The notes under the pieces were generated by a model. It did not search any database and was not told the DNA's origin. It worked only from the letters and a program-made list of their open reading frames with translations. This document shows positions 63,849 to 64,000 of a stretch of DNA of 64,000 nt, one piece after another. Source of the DNA: the human T2T-CHM13v2.0 reference genome, Homo sapiens; the NCBI RefSeq assembly GCF_009914755.1, contig NC_060943.1. One strand, written 5' to 3'. Within the stretch, counting starts at the first letter, position 1. Each line of letters begins with the position of its first letter. The translations under genes and the position numbers were made by a program.

Positions 63849-64000
63849 AATGACCAAGCTGAGCCTGAGCTGAGCCTTCTAGGAAAACCAAAGAGCCAAC
63901 TACACATCATCAAGGAACCTAACTCTCTTGAATTCTGTCCCATAATCCTGAGTCAGCTCCAATTGAATTGGTAGCGACTGAATTTTTTTTTTTGGTAACC

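Noticed and set aside
63358-63873. L1 ORF1 as a functional gene or active element
   Set aside because: Truncated at about 63848 with no RRM/CTD or ORF2 following in the window
59700-64000. Next upstream MUC16 exon (36-nt GFTHRSS-type)
   Set aside because: Not found by eye in this stretch; presumably right of the window

Overview
Human (or closely related ape) genomic DNA that I recognise as the chr19p13.2 ZNF558-MBD3L1-MUC16 interval. It is not microbial. Left: the 5' half of the KRAB zinc-finger gene ZNF558 on the minus strand, with four predicted 5'UTR exons, the ATG exon, a linker exon and the KRAB-A exon; the KRAB-B and zinc-finger exons lie left of the window. Centre: a CpG island near 15-15.9 kb that appears to be a bidirectional promoter shared by ZNF558 and MBD3L1. 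MBD3L1 (plus strand) has two predicted 5'UTR exons and a single-exon 194-aa CDS at 25646-26230. Right: the last 17 exons of MUC16/CA125 on the minus strand, all rebuilt in frame from GT-AG junctions. They encode four SEA modules, the juxtamembrane segment, the TM helix and the cytoplasmic tail, with AATAAA at 31821. The rest is dense in Alus, L1 fragments, solo LTRs (MaLR and ERV1), DNA-transposon relics and tandem repeats. I found no new self-contained gene system. The best leads are regulatory and inferential: a spliced Cys-rich uORF and an LTR-derived uORF in the ZNF558 leader, the ZNF558/MBD3L1 head-to-head pairing, a CRE plus E-box and uORF at MBD3L1 exon 2, a non-stop outcome for MUC16 TM-exon skipping, and an intronic L1 5'UTR placed where it could drive a truncated MUC16 C-terminal transcript. 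Repeat subfamily calls were made by eye and repeat edges are approximate.
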